In this document: in pieces, positions 23,014 through 35,421 of the stretch
Position numbering within the stretch: the stretch's first letter is position 1
Layout: every line of letters begins with the position of its first letter
Assembly: GCA_043228905.1 (NCBI GenBank)
Contig: JBHGNT010000011.1
Location: 13,268,001 to 13,332,000 of the forward strand
From: Azolla caroliniana
Lineage: Eukaryota > Plantae > Polypodiophyta
Direction: 5' to 3'
DNA length: 64,000 bases
The notes under the pieces: generated by a model
What the model saw: the letters and a program-made list of their open reading frames with translations, nothing else
Databases searched by the model: none
What the model was told of the DNA's origin: nothing
Translations under genes and position numbers: made by a program

Positions 23014-26000
23014 GAGACTCTATACAAGAATGATCAAGCGATGTACCCTTTACAACGTTAGGTGATTGCTTATATACTAAGCCCTAACTATATGGACAAC
23101 TTCACACTAGGATACAAAGTGGAAGGAGTTGTCCTTTTATGCCAACAAACTCCCCCGTAAAAGGACTACTCTTTCCTACATGTAGATGTGTTTGGGGTTG
23201 TCTCCCCCGTAAACCTAGATTACAACAATAATCTAAATTTATGTTACAAGTCGGTCGGCATATAGTCGAGTTGGCATAGGTGAGGTCCGTGTCGGGCGTA
23301 GCATGGCTCATTATCATGATTGATTCGATCGACTCTTACCTTCTGCTCCTCGTTCGGCTTTCTTCTGCTCAGTTTCTTGTGCTAGTCCCACCTTTGTCCT
23401 TAGTGCTCTGAAGCATTGATCTGGGAGTGGCTTTGTCAGGCAATTAGCGATGTTCACCTCAATGTCGATCTTCCGGACTTCGAGCCTCTTCTCATTTATA
23501 AGCTCCCGCATGTGATGATACCATACCTCAATGTGCTTCATCTTTGCGTGATAGACGGGATTGTTAATGAGGTGAATTGCGCTCTGTGAGTCGCAATAGA
23601 TGGTTGGCGTTGGTCAGTCGATTCGGCTTGTAGATGAGAAGTTGGCAGACAATCAGTGCATCCAGATCGCTTCTTTCGCTACCTCCGATGTTGCTATGTA
23701 CTCGGCCTCTGTGGTCGACATGGCCGTGCACTCTTGAAGCTTCGACCTCCATGAAATTGCACCGCCACCATAGGTGAAAATATAGCCTGATGTTGACTTC
23801 TGATTGTCCATATTTCCGGCATAGTCGGAGTTTGTGTAGCCTTTGACTTCGGCTGAGGTTGTCAAACCGAAAGTCAGCTGTGTATCTTCAGTCCCTCTCA
23901 AGTACTTGAATATGTGCTTGACAGCCTCCTAATGCTTCCGTCCTGCGTTTGACATGGCTGACCACTCCTATGCCATAGGCTAGGTCGGGTTGGGTCGCCA
24001 CCATTGCGTACATGATACTACCTACGACCGATGCGTTGGGCATCTTTCCATTAAGCTCTCTCTTCTTGTCCATTGAAGGAGAGTCTTTGTCTGATAGTTG
24101 GATCGACGTCGGAAGCAGTGTTGGTGCTGGCTTCACATTCTCCATGTTGAAGCGCCTCAACACCTTTCGGATATAGTCGAACTGGGAGAGTCAGAGAGTC
24201 TTGGTCATCGATTTCGCTCGATCCTCATGCCCAGTATGTGACAGGCTTGTCCAAGTTCCTTCATCGCGAACTTGTCGTGATGGCTCTTCTTCAACTTTCT
24301 GATCTCTGCTTGATTGCTTCCTGCAATCAGCATGTCGTCGACATATAGGATTACATAAATCCTAGACTCGTCGGCCATTTGCTGAACATAGATACATGGA
24401 TCGGAGTCGGATCTGTGGTATCCAACCTAGTCGATGTAGGAGTCGAACTTCTGGTACCACGTCCTCGGCGCTTGATTCAAGCCATAGAGACTTTTCTTTA
24501 GATGACATACAAGGTGACTTTCCTACCCCGTCGCCATCAAGCCTGCCGGTTGAGACATGTAGATGTCTTCTTCCAGATCTCCATGTAGGAATGCTATCTT
24601 TACATCCAGTTGCTCTGGCTCTAGGTCTTTTGTTACCACAACTCCTAGTAAGAGTCGGAGGGTGGTCATCTTGACTACTAGTGAGAATATCTCATCGTAG
24701 TCAACCCCATGTTCTTGTTTGAACCCTTTCGTGACAAGCCGAGCTTTGTACTTGGGTTTCTTTGAGTTAGATACATATTTGTATTGGAAAACCCATTTGC
24801 AAGGTAGCGGCTTCCTTCCAACTGGTGGTTTGACCAACTCCCATGTCTGATTGTTGTGAATCGAGTCCATTTCGGATTTCATGGCTTGTAGCCATGTTTC
24901 GGCGTCCGTTTCGGCCATAACTTCTTCATAAGTGCTTGGTTCGCCCACATCGGTGTAGTTGACGTAGTCGAGGCCCAGTTGAAAAAACTCTGTTGGCCTT
25001 CAAGGTCGTCCAGATCTCCTGGGTGCCGATATGAGTGGTTCGGATTCTTCGATCGACTCTATTGGGCATTCGGTATTTGTTGAACCATTTGTGTCAAGAG
25101 TCTTGTTAGGTGACCCGCCCCCAAGTCGGGATTTCGGTGGTGTCACGTTGTCCTTCCCTATGGACTTTTTCGACTCGATTCTGTTTCCTACTCGCATCTT
25201 GTTGACTTTGCCTTCTTCGACTCTTGTCGAATCAGTTCTGTCTTTGATGGCTTTGTCTTCGAGTTCGACTAGTGGACTTCCTACCGATTCGGAGTTGGCA
25301 ATTATGTTGTCGGCTTCGTCGAGTTTGATTGTTTGTCTAATCTCTGAGGCGGCCCGGTGGGTCGGTCCTTCTACAATGTCTCTGTTGTCTTTGAAGGATA
25401 CCTTTTTACCAACTTTTTTCTGCTGGTTCCGTTGAGAGAAGATAGAGTCTTCATTGACGACTACATCACTACTCTGGATCAGTTTTCGGTTCTCAGGGTC
25501 CCATAGCCGGTAGCCAAAGTTCCAATCGGTTCCATAACCGAGAAATATGAATTTCGTTGCATGGGGTGCAAACTTGGTCCTTTTCTCCTTGGGGATGAAC
25601 ACGTAGGCTTCGCATCCGAATACACAGAGCCTATCGTAGGTCGGCTGTTTGCTTGACCATAGTGGCTGTGGCACTTCGAGCTTGGTTGCCTTCGACGGTG
25701 ATAGATTTACCAAGTATATTGTCGTCGGCAATGCTTTAGCCCAGAACTCTAACTTCAGTCCAGCTTGTTGGAGCATTGCCGTCACCCTCTCTTGGATCAT
25801 TCGGTTGATCTGTTCTGCCACTCCATTTTGCATGGGTGTGTGAGGAACTGTCTTTTGATGTCAGATCCCTTTGTTGGATAGGTACTGCTTGAAGGCTCTG
25901 GAGGTATATTCGCCTCCATTGTCAGATCAGAGTGTCTTCACTCTGTGTCCTGACCGGTTCTCCACTTCACATGTCCACTGAGTGAAGACCTCGGGTGCTT

Positions 26001-28225
26001 CATCTTTGGACCTGATCGAGTAGGCCCTGACCTTCCATGTACAATCATCTACAAAGGTGATGAAGTACCAGGAGACTCCTAGTGATCGCTCTGGCATGGG
26101 CCCACATATATCTGTGTGCATGAGCTCCAGGGGCTTTTGTACTGTCTCGTTGTGGAGAGAGGGCAGACTTCGGGTCTGTTTCCCGTATCGACCATGCTCG
26201 TAGAAGTCTATCTTTGCTTGGAGTTTAGGGATGTAGCCGACCGCCATCAACCAATCAAGTTTGGCTTGAGACAAATGGCCAAGTCTGCCATGCCATAGGT
26301 TTGGGTCATTCTTTTCGGCTATGTTCACGACCCCTTCTAGATTGATCGCCATCATTGGGTCTGTTTCCCGTATCGACCATGCTCGTAGAAGTCTATCTTT
26401 GCTTGGAGTTTAGGGATGTAGCCGACCGCCATCAACCAATCAAGTTTGGCTTGAGACAAATGGCCAAGTCTGCCATGCCATAGGTTTGGGTCATTCTTTT
26501 CGGCTATGTTCACGACCCCTTCTAGATTGATCGCCATCATTGGGTACAAGTTATTGTACTCATGCCTGCCTCCTCTCTTCAATTTTCCTCGGTTGATCAT
26601 CCATACCGACTCACTTAGAGTCGTTTTGTACCCATCTTCGGCTAGCATGCCGATGGCGACCAGACTCCTTTTCGGATCAGGTACGTGCCGAACTCGGTGG
26701 AGGGTAATCATGTTGCCATTGGAAAATCGGATGGGAACCTCTCCGGTCCATGTGATTCTGCACTCCTGCCCGTTGCCTAGTCAGACTGTGCCAGTGGTTT
26801 TGGCTGAATAGTTTGAAAACCATTCAATGTTCGGGGTCACATGGAATGTGGCACCGGAATCCAGTAACTATGTGCGTGCATCCTGTGCAGTGTAGAGGAC
26901 TTCTCTGATCATCGACTCCTCTAAAGAAAGGATTTCTCCTGATCGGGTGTCGGCAACGTTGATCTGGTTGCCTATTGGAGAGTGGTCCGAGTCGGGTCGT
27001 CCTCGATTTCGCTCGGATCGCCGACCACTCTCTTTCCTCTTGATCGACCAACAGTCGGAAACATTGTGGCCAACTTTTTTGCAGTGTGTGTAGAATTCGC
27101 TTGATCGGCCCGTTCTCAACTTCGATTCGTGTTGGTCTCCCCTTGTTTTTGATCGGTTGGTATTTCGACCGGTTTTGTCGACTTGTTCTCTCGTTCGACT
27201 CTATCGGTCTAACGACTCGGTCGAGTGATGGGCTTCTGCTGATTCATTGATGGTAAGTCCCATCCATTTTCGCCGAATGTCCTCGGTGAGGACTTGGCCA
27301 ATCATCTCATCCAGATTTAGGATTAGTCGGCTATTGGTGTATGTCGTGCAGAATACCTCCCAACTCGCCGGCAAGCTCGATAGGAGGGCAAGGGCTTTCA
27401 CTTCCTCTTCAAAGTTGATCCCTTGTGAGGAGAGTTCTAACAACACCCAGCTGAAGGTGTTGATGTGGGAGGTAGTTGGATCGGTCTTTGTCATCTTCAT
27501 GTTGAACAATTGTTTGATCAGAATCAGTTTTGAAGATGAGGACTTTTTCTCGTACACGACATGTAGTTTCTCCCACAATGAGAATGTTGTCGTCTCTTTT
27601 TCCATGTTGAAGTAGACATTTTCGGCTAGGTTCATTCGAATGGTGGAGCGTGTGATTTCGTCCATTGATCTCCACTCATCAGTTGACATTGAAGCAGGCT
27701 TTTCAGAGTGTCGAATGGCCTTGACCTGTCTTCGAATAATCAGTACGTCTTGCATAATCTCCTTCCATAGGGCAAAGTTTATGCCGTTGAATTTTTGGAT
27801 CTCAACTCTTGTACCGGATGTTAATACCATGATTCTTTTGAAAGTGAGATTTGCTAACTTGGTATTTTTCCTTTTAGCTTTTTCTGTTGTTTGTTGCCGC
27901 CGAGCCACGGATCGCTCTAATACTAGTTGAAAGACAGATATGCGCAGAAACATATGTAAGGATCTATCGGTTGTGCTCAACAAACAACACAAAAGGAGGG
28001 CAAGAAGATATAGACAGATGTTAGATACACAGATGAAGCTTTAATGGAAGCTCTCTTTATTTCTGTTCTCTCTCTCTCTCTCTCTCTCTCAAAGACTCTG
28101 TACAAGAATGATCAAGCGATGTACCCTTTATAACGTTAGGTTATTGCTTATATACTAAGCCCTAACTATATGGACGAGTTCACACTAGGATACAAAGTGG
28201 AAGGAGTCGGACTTTTATGCCAACA
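22844..28225 (-). mobile_element. Nested Ty1/Copia element (Tnt1/Tork-like gag), inserted in the RT of the outer Copia
   Basis: LTRs 22844-23147 and 27928-28225. TSD ATGGT. PPT at ~23148-23156 and a degenerate iMet PBS. Removing it restores LIYLT-ITRPDL of the host RT. gag VEIQKFNGINFALWK, CCHC, INT, RT and RH remnants. Confidence 0.95.
26172..26541. repeat. 185-bp tandem duplication of the pre-integrase region
   Basis: Apparently identical units at 26172-26356 and 26357-26541 with GGGT junction microhomology. Confidence 0.9.
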
Positions 28226-29497
28226 ATGGTTAGATAGATTAAAATATCGATCACTTGATGATACTAAGTTGGCTCACAATCTTCTGTTCCCAAATCGGCA
28301 TTGAGGTTGAGGTTCCAATCTAGAGGGGTTGACACAGGTTTGCACTCAGTCATCCCGAACTTGTAGAGTAAATTGAGAATGTAGTGCTGTTGAGAGATCA
28401 ATATCCCGATTGGTGCCCGAATTACTTCGATACCGAGGAAGTAATGGAGCTCATGCATATCTTTCATTTCGAATTTGCCGGATAGGAGCGTTTTGACCAT
28501 ATTAATGTCGGCGAGATCCTTTCCTCCTATGACCAGATCATCCACGTAAAGGATGATGACAATTGGGTTGTCCGACTCGTTTCAAATGTATAAGGAGTTG
28601 TCTGATTTCGATATTCGGAAGCCGATTTGGTGAAGATATTGGGTGATCTTCGAATGCCAAGCACGCAGTGCTTGCTTGAGTCCATATAGCGGCTTCTTGA
28701 ATTTGTAGAATGCTTTCGCGTGTTTGTTCAATGCGAACCCAGGTGGTTGAATCATGAAGACCTCCTTTGCTAATTCGCCTTGTAGGAAGGCGTTCTTTAC
28801 ATCCATTTGGTGGAGGTACCACCCTTTTGCAACTGCGAGAGCAATGATTGTCGGAAAAGTCATCATCTTGGCCACCGGGGTAAAGGTCTCCTCTTAATCG
28901 ACTATGTGTGTTTGGGCATATCCCTTCACTACGAGTCTGGCCTTGAAGCGATTTATCGAGCCATCGACATTATATTTTACTTTATCTATCCACCTACAAT
29001 CGATCACTTTCTTATGTGGAGAAGGGGAGACGAGATCCCATGTCTCGTTTTTGCATAGAGCTTGCATTTCGTCGTTCATGGCTTCGATCCATCGTGAATC
29101 CTTGGTTGCCTCGGAAAAGGCTTCCGGTTCTTAGACTGTCACCACCTTCATCATAAAGGCATAATGATATGCCATATACTCATCATAGCCGAATCGGCTA
29201 ACCGGGTTTTTCTCTTGGGTGGAGCGACAAAGCTTCTCATTTGCAGAGACTAAGGCTTTCTTTTCTCCATTCGTCCGTATGATTGGGATGTCAAGGCCTT
29301 CGAATTCACTATCAAGGGAGTGAGTTGACTCGTTGTCGATCGGATCTTCGTATTCTGGCATCTTGGCCTTCCCTTTGTTGAGGTTCGGACTCGGCCGAGA
29401 TGTGCTTTGATCACTCGGGGGCTCTTGTGGTCCACTCAACCTTGTCTTAATCAAACTTTCTTCGAACATGTGTCTGAGTCAATCTTCGTCTTCTATT

Positions 29498-29589
29498 TGT
29501 CAGGAATAGTACTGTGGCAAAGAAGAAATTAGTACTAAGAGAGGAATATTAGTACTAAGAGGAATAGAGGGTGTAGAACACTCGAGAGA

Positions 29590-29633
<44 letters not shown>

Positions 29634-29941
29634 AAGAGAGAAAATGATGATGACAACGATATATTATGTGAGAAGAATATACAAGGAAGGCTAGAAGGCT
29701 TAAGACTGGCGTTGAACTGATTTGGTTTGAAATAATGCCTTGTGCCTCCTTTTATAGTGTTCTCAGGAGTACTCCTGAAGTTTCTAGAATGTTCCAGAGA
29801 AATCTGGAATATACATCAATTTTCTATAGTAAAACATAAATACGAAAATAATATGTTTCGTATTATAATACATAACATAATGGTAAGAGCTTGACTCATG
29901 TAACATAAGCTCATGGGTTCGAGTCTTGCCATATCATGAGA
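29498..29941. mobile_element. Solo LTR inserted in the outer Copia
   Basis: TGTCAGGA...TCATGAGA termini and TSD CTATT/CTATC. Contains an (AG)n tract and interrupts Copia coding sequence. Confidence 0.75.
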
Positions 29942-29968
29942 CTATCTCTCGTTTGGTTGAATCTGGGC

Positions 29969-30200
29969 TGATTGTTGTCGAAATCAGAGCCGTCTCTGTT
30001 TCGTACCAGGATGCTAACTTGTCGAAAACGATGTCTCAACTCACCCGAACTTTTCGGGTGGATGGATTGAAACATTTGTACCCTTGATTGTTGTCAAAAT
30101 CAGAGCCGTCTCTATTTCGTACCAGGATGCCGACTTGTCGAAAACAATGTCTCGACTCACCCGAACTTTTCGGGTGGATGGATTGAAACATTTGTACCCC
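29969..30200. repeat. 116-bp tandem duplication in the Copia integrase C-terminal region
   Basis: Units start at 29969 and 30085, with a few mismatches. Confidence 0.85.
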
Positions 30201-33200
30201 TTTTTTTTTGAGTGAGTACCCTACGAGGATACATTTCTCCGACTTTGGGTTGAGGTTTTGTCGCTTCTCGTAGGGATTATGCACGAGATAGACGACTATG
30301 TTAGCCTCTTTTGCCCAGTACGATTTCGGCAGGTTCTTCTTGTTCATCATGGCCCTTGTGACCTCTACTATGTGCTGATTCTTTTGTTCAGCTACTCCGT
30401 TTTGCTGAGGTGTGTGTCGGCACGAGAATTCTCGTCGAATTCTTTCCTTTTGGAGATACGTTGAAAACTCGTTTGAGAAATACTCCTTACCTCCATCCGA
30501 TCGAAGGCATCAGACATGCCGACTTGTGGCTTTTTCGACTTCGTTTTTAAACTTTTGGAAGTGTTGGAACACTTCACTCTTTTGCCACATGGGGTAAATA
30601 CAAGTGTGCTTGGAGAAATCGTCGATAAACGTGACATAGTATCGGCATCCGTCGAGTATTGCTGTCTATGCCGGTGCCCATACATCTGATGTATGACATC
30701 CAGGATACCTTTGCTCACATTCCTGTCTTTCGGGAACATTTGTTGGTGTTGTTTGCCGAACTGGCAGGCTTCACATACACCAACTATCTCCTTTTCGGTA
30801 AATGTCGGGAGTTTGATTATGACCCCCTTCAAGTCGGTTATGGCCAATTCGCTTGTGCCTTAGGTTCAAGTTGGTTTCGACTTTGATGCCTTTTGCAAAC
30901 ATGGACGATTTCACCTAGTTTGATTCGAGGATGAACATTTGGCCTTCTCTTCGACCGTGACCTATGATTTGATCGTCTTTTTCAATGAAGCACACATCAT
31001 TGTTGAATCATACTTGCATACCTTGTTCGACAATCTAGCCGACCAAGACTAGGTTTTTCGTGATGGTTGGTACATGCAAGACATCCTTGAGGTAGGTTAG
31101 TTTGTCGTCGTTCCTAAATGGGACATTTCCGATATGCCGAATCGATTGAGTTGTGTCATCTCCGGTTTCGACATAGCCGGGTCAATCGGGCTTTCTTAAC
31201 TCTCGGAACCAATCTTCGTGAGACGTCATATGATTGGATGCTCCTGAGTCAACAAACCATACATTATCGAATGAGTAGGTGCTTGTCTGACCTTGTGCTG
31301 ACATCAAATGAGCTTTGTGCCTCATTATGAACATTCCACCATGGCTGTCATAATCGGAATTCGTAGCATAATTTGTGAGTTGTCGACTGGTCGAAGCCGA
31401 TTCTCATTGCTTCTTTCGGCATTCCACTTCGTAGTGGTCGAGTTTCCCACAGTACACACATTCGATCAGGTTGTTGCGATGGCTCAGTCCGGCAGGATGG
31501 CTCCCCCTTCTGCTGAACTCCTTGGAATTGTTCCTATTGTCTTGTCATTGGTGGGAGTTACATTCTCGGGTCAGCTGACCTTGTCGCCCTCGACCAAATC
31601 GACCTCTATTTCCTCGGCTAAATCCTCTTGTATCATCTGACCGTCTGGTGTGTTGCTCCTTTGTCGGGCATGCTTTTCCTCCACCAATAGTATAGATTGA
31701 AGGTCGAAAAAGGAAGGAGGGTTCTCCCTTGCGAGAATGGTTGATCTAATCGTGCCGAATTGAGGTGCTAAGTTGTTGAGGCATATTTGCACCATTTCGT
31801 CATCATCGATGATGACATTGATCGATCTGAGGGCATTAGACAACTCCTTGATCTTCAAGGTATAAACGGTGATCGAAATATTCCTCTATTGCATATTGTT
31901 TAACTACTGTCGGAGTTGGAGCTAACGTGCAACCGTGTTGGCTGTGAAAATCTTCTTGAGATTGCCCCAAGCTTCTTTCGGCGTTTTCGATTCTCAAATA
32001 TAGCCGAGCATGTGATCATGAATGCATGATGCAAGGCAATACAACACACGGCTTGTGGCTTGCTCCCATGCTGGGTAGTCGGCATGTGTTGAGTTGGGTT
32101 GCGTTTCGTGAGCTCTCTCAATATAGCTCCAATAGCCTCGTCCGACAAGGTATTGATGCATCTTGTACTCCCAATATGCGAAGTTTGTTCTATCAAGCTT
32201 CTTTGTAGGAAGAGTGCTTTCCATCTGAGTGTTCATGATGTCGATTTCTTCTTTGTTGCTTAAACCGGTTCTGTAGCTCAACACGGTTGAAAAAGCTCGA
32301 TTAGAAAGCCACACGCTTTGATACCATGTAAAGAATGAAAGACGTAGGTGGTGTTGTGCAACGGAAGCGAGTTGTGTGTGTGTGTGTGCACGTAAGGGAA
32401 AACAGAGAGAGGGAGAGAGAGAGAGAGCTTAGAACAAGAAGTTGTATTAGTGAAAAAAATAGAATACATCCAACGGTGACTAAGTTACAAAGAGTTGGTT
32501 TAAATACCAACTAGTCTAGGGCAAATGCCCTTTCTACTAATTACAAAACTAGCTTAGTATGATGTCCACTGACTAGTGTGAACACTATCTCTATGGGAAG
32601 TTGAGTTCGATTCTCAACACATCCTTAAGAACATGTAGCCATTTACTACCATCTCTATTTCCCCTCTGTGAACATATCTTGTTCTAAGATATATGAAATT
32701 AGAGGTGAAAAATGAGAGAAAAACTATCGGTTGAAGGGGATGATGGTGTGGAAAGGCAACTTATCAACAACAAGGACAACACAATATATGTGTATATATA
32801 TAAACAAGTGAGCCGGGATAGGGAATTACCAATCTAGTAATTGAGACTTAAACATCACTTTGCTAAATCAAAATCCGTAAAAATGCAAATTTCTAGATTG
32901 GACTGGAAAAAAAGAGAGAATAAAGAGCAATACATATTTGGGTGTACATTAAGGAGCCTATTAGTCTAATACTACTTTCTTGCCATCCAATTCTATGTAA
33001 TGGAATTGAAATGAGAATAGAGAGTGGTAGTATGCAATAACTAGTTTGGTATGTATATTCTACATGTGAGTGCTTTGTTGGAGTCCATTACTCTATTATA
33101 TACAATTCAAGAGCGAGAGAGCTATATGAAACATGACATAAGAACTATATGAAACATTGGCACCAGGGAAACGATTGGTAGTAGTGAGAAGTGAGACTTT

Positions 33201-33411
33201 GACGATTTGTACCGTGTGAAGATGTACAATCCATGAATGGAGAGAGGTACAAAGCTAGGCATTGGGGAGGTGTGTTATGACTTTTTTGAGGTAGTAGGGC
33301 ATGGAGCCGTGGCATGCCACGAGAAGGAGCAAAATGCAGAGGAACAATGAGAGAGCATGATACAGAGATACTAGCACAACACGATACAACACAGTGTGGG
33401 TGGGACGAAAC

Positions 33412-33787
33412 GTGTGCCAGGATGCGAATCTGGCAAATGATCGAGAAGGGGCAATGAATGATGAAATGAACGATCCAATGATTCAAACGATGCCACAAAT
33501 CGCAAAATGTGAAGGGACAAGGGATGATGGATCGATGGTAGTGAGAACTGAGACGGAATTGAATAAAATGGAATCGAATGGAATCCATTGGGAGGAATGA
33601 ACCAGGATGTGTGTGCCAAGACGCAAATCGGCAAACGATCGAGAAGGGGGAATGAATGGTGAAACAAACGATCCAATGATTCAACGATTGCCACAAATCG
33701 CAAATGTGAAGGGACAAGGGAGGGCGGATCGATGGTAGTGAGAACTGAGACGGAATCGAATGGAATGGAATCCATTGGGATGAATGT
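33412..33787. repeat. ~199-bp diverged tandem duplication upstream of the kinase gene
   Basis: GTGTGCCA...GATCGAGAAGGGG...CCACAAATCGCAA...GGAATCCATTGGGA repeated at 33412 and 33611. Confidence 0.85.
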
Positions 33788-33975
33788 ATGTAACCATGAA
33801 ACCCCTTCCTAATAATGTATCATGTCATTCTCATCTTCATCATCAAAAAGACAAGCAAAAGCTTTTGAATTGAACTGGATCCATCCTTCCATCCATCCCT
33901 GTTCAAATAATCCATTTGTTGTCTCTTTTCTCTGTGTCTTTTTCTTCCTGTTCTTTACATTCCCTCCCTCCATTT

Positions 33976-34018
<43 letters not shown>

Positions 34019-34170
34019 CTGTGTTTTCTGTTTGTTGGGTTCTGCGTTTCAAGCTTTTTCTTCCATAGCTGCGTAAAAATCGCCCACAAAATGCAGCTCC
34101 TCATGTATCATCACTGTTTTGTATCATCACTGTTTTAATGGAATGGATCTCACCCATTAATTAGCTTGAA

Positions 34171-34732
34171 ATGATGAAATCATGTAATGGGCTCTCTCTG
34201 TTTCTTCTCCTTCTCCATCTTCATCCTCTCCTTCAAGCATCTGCCATACCCAACGCAGATGAACAAGAAAAATCTCTGCAGAGGCTATTACAGGCCACTC
34301 TGCCTTCTTCTTCTTCTTCTTCTTCTTCTTCTTCTTCTTTCAATCTTTCTTCTCCTCTCTGTTCATGGACTAGTCTAATCAGATGCTCTAGCGATGGCGC
34401 CATAACTGGCCTGTTCTTAGAAAGGTTAGGTCTGCGAGGAATTATGCCCAATAATACCTTCTCTTCCCTCTCTTCTCTCACTCAACTCAGTCTATACGGC
34501 AACTCTCTGCAGAGTCCTATTCCTTCCGAGCTATGGGACCTTGAACATTTACAGTATCTTTCTCTCTCTTCTAATCTATTTGAAGAAGAAATAAGTCCTG
34601 AAAAGCTTCGGAAGCTTGGAAAGATGCAGCGGTTAGATTTGTCTCAGAATCGTTTCTTTGGGTCGGTTCCGCAGGAGATAACCATGCTGCAAGACCTCCG
34701 ATACCTCTTCTTGAGCTCAAATAACTTATCAG
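34171..34732 (+). CDS. LRR receptor-like kinase exon 1 (signal peptide, LRR N-cap, first LRRs)
   Basis: Hydrophobic signal peptide, CSW...C cap and LxxLxLxxNxLxGxIP repeats. Phase-1 donor G|GTAAAA at 34732/34733. Confidence 0.92.
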
Positions 34733-34741
34733 GTAAAAAGA

Positions 34742-35300
34742 AAACCCTTAACCCTAACTCTCAAATAACGTATTTTTTGGCTAAATCGAACCCTAATTAT
34801 GCTGATGTTCTGCTAAGTGTTGTTATGGCGTTTTTTCCTGCAAACTCTAACCGAAAACTATCATTATTTTTCTGCCAGGATCCTGACTCTAAATTCATGA
34901 TTTTGTAAACCCTAGCCATAAAATTGGGTCCTTTCGTCTTAACGCTAACCTTGTCATTTTGAGCGTTTTTTGCTATTTCCTAACCCTTAAATATAGTCTT
35001 TTCTAGTGGTCTCCTTCGTTCTCTACCCCAAACCATTTATGCCAACCCGAACCCTAACCCTAACATGTGGTCATTTCTCTCCAACCCTAATCTCGTGGCT
35101 GTTAACCGTTAGAGTTACCCTAATTTATGGCCATTTTCTACTAAAATCAGCCCTATATCTATGATAATTTCTGACAACCCTAATGCATGGTATTTTCTTA
35201 CTAACCCTAGATTAGTCTGTTGAGCATTTCTGATATCCCTAACCTAACCTAATATTAACCCTAATACCTGTTTCTCTTTGCCTGCTACCCTAGCCCTAAG
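34742..35300 (+). repeat. Intronic array of telomere-like/telo-box motifs (AACCCTAA)
   Basis: About 13 CCCTAA/CCCTAG motifs, all on one strand, within ~560 bp. Confidence 0.8.
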
Positions 35301-35421
35301 CATATTATCTCTATTGCGAGTCCAACACTAATTCTAGCCTGTGGTTGTTTTTGGGTGTTAAACTTAGATACATATATATATATGTATATGTTTTACAAAC
35401 TCTAGTTCTCTTTTTGTATAG

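Larger units (their letters stand above)
21698..32619 (-). mobile_element. Degenerate Ty1/Copia LTR retrotransposon (outer element of the nest)
   Basis: LTRs 21698-21988 and 32327-32619. iMet-type PBS (TGGTATCAAAGC on minus) at 32315-32326. TSD CATCG/CATCC. Remnants of gag (KLDRTNFAYWEYKM), INT, RT (QMDVKNAFLQG, YFLGIEV) and RH (SSTEAEY, KTKHIEVHHHF). Confidence 0.93.

Noticed and set aside
29865-29941. Functional tRNA gene
   Set aside because: The acceptor and anticodon stems do not pair. It is kept only as a tRNA-like promoter finding.
21698-32619. Inner Copia LTRs look slightly more diverged than the outer ones (about 19 versus 14 differences by eye)
   Set aside because: The difference is within sampling noise for ~300-bp LTRs, and the TSD and split RT settle the nesting order.
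34733-34908. Extension of ORF 34171-34908 as a separate secreted LRR protein
   Set aside because: It is read-through into the intron. The GT/AG sites join exons 1 and 2 in frame.
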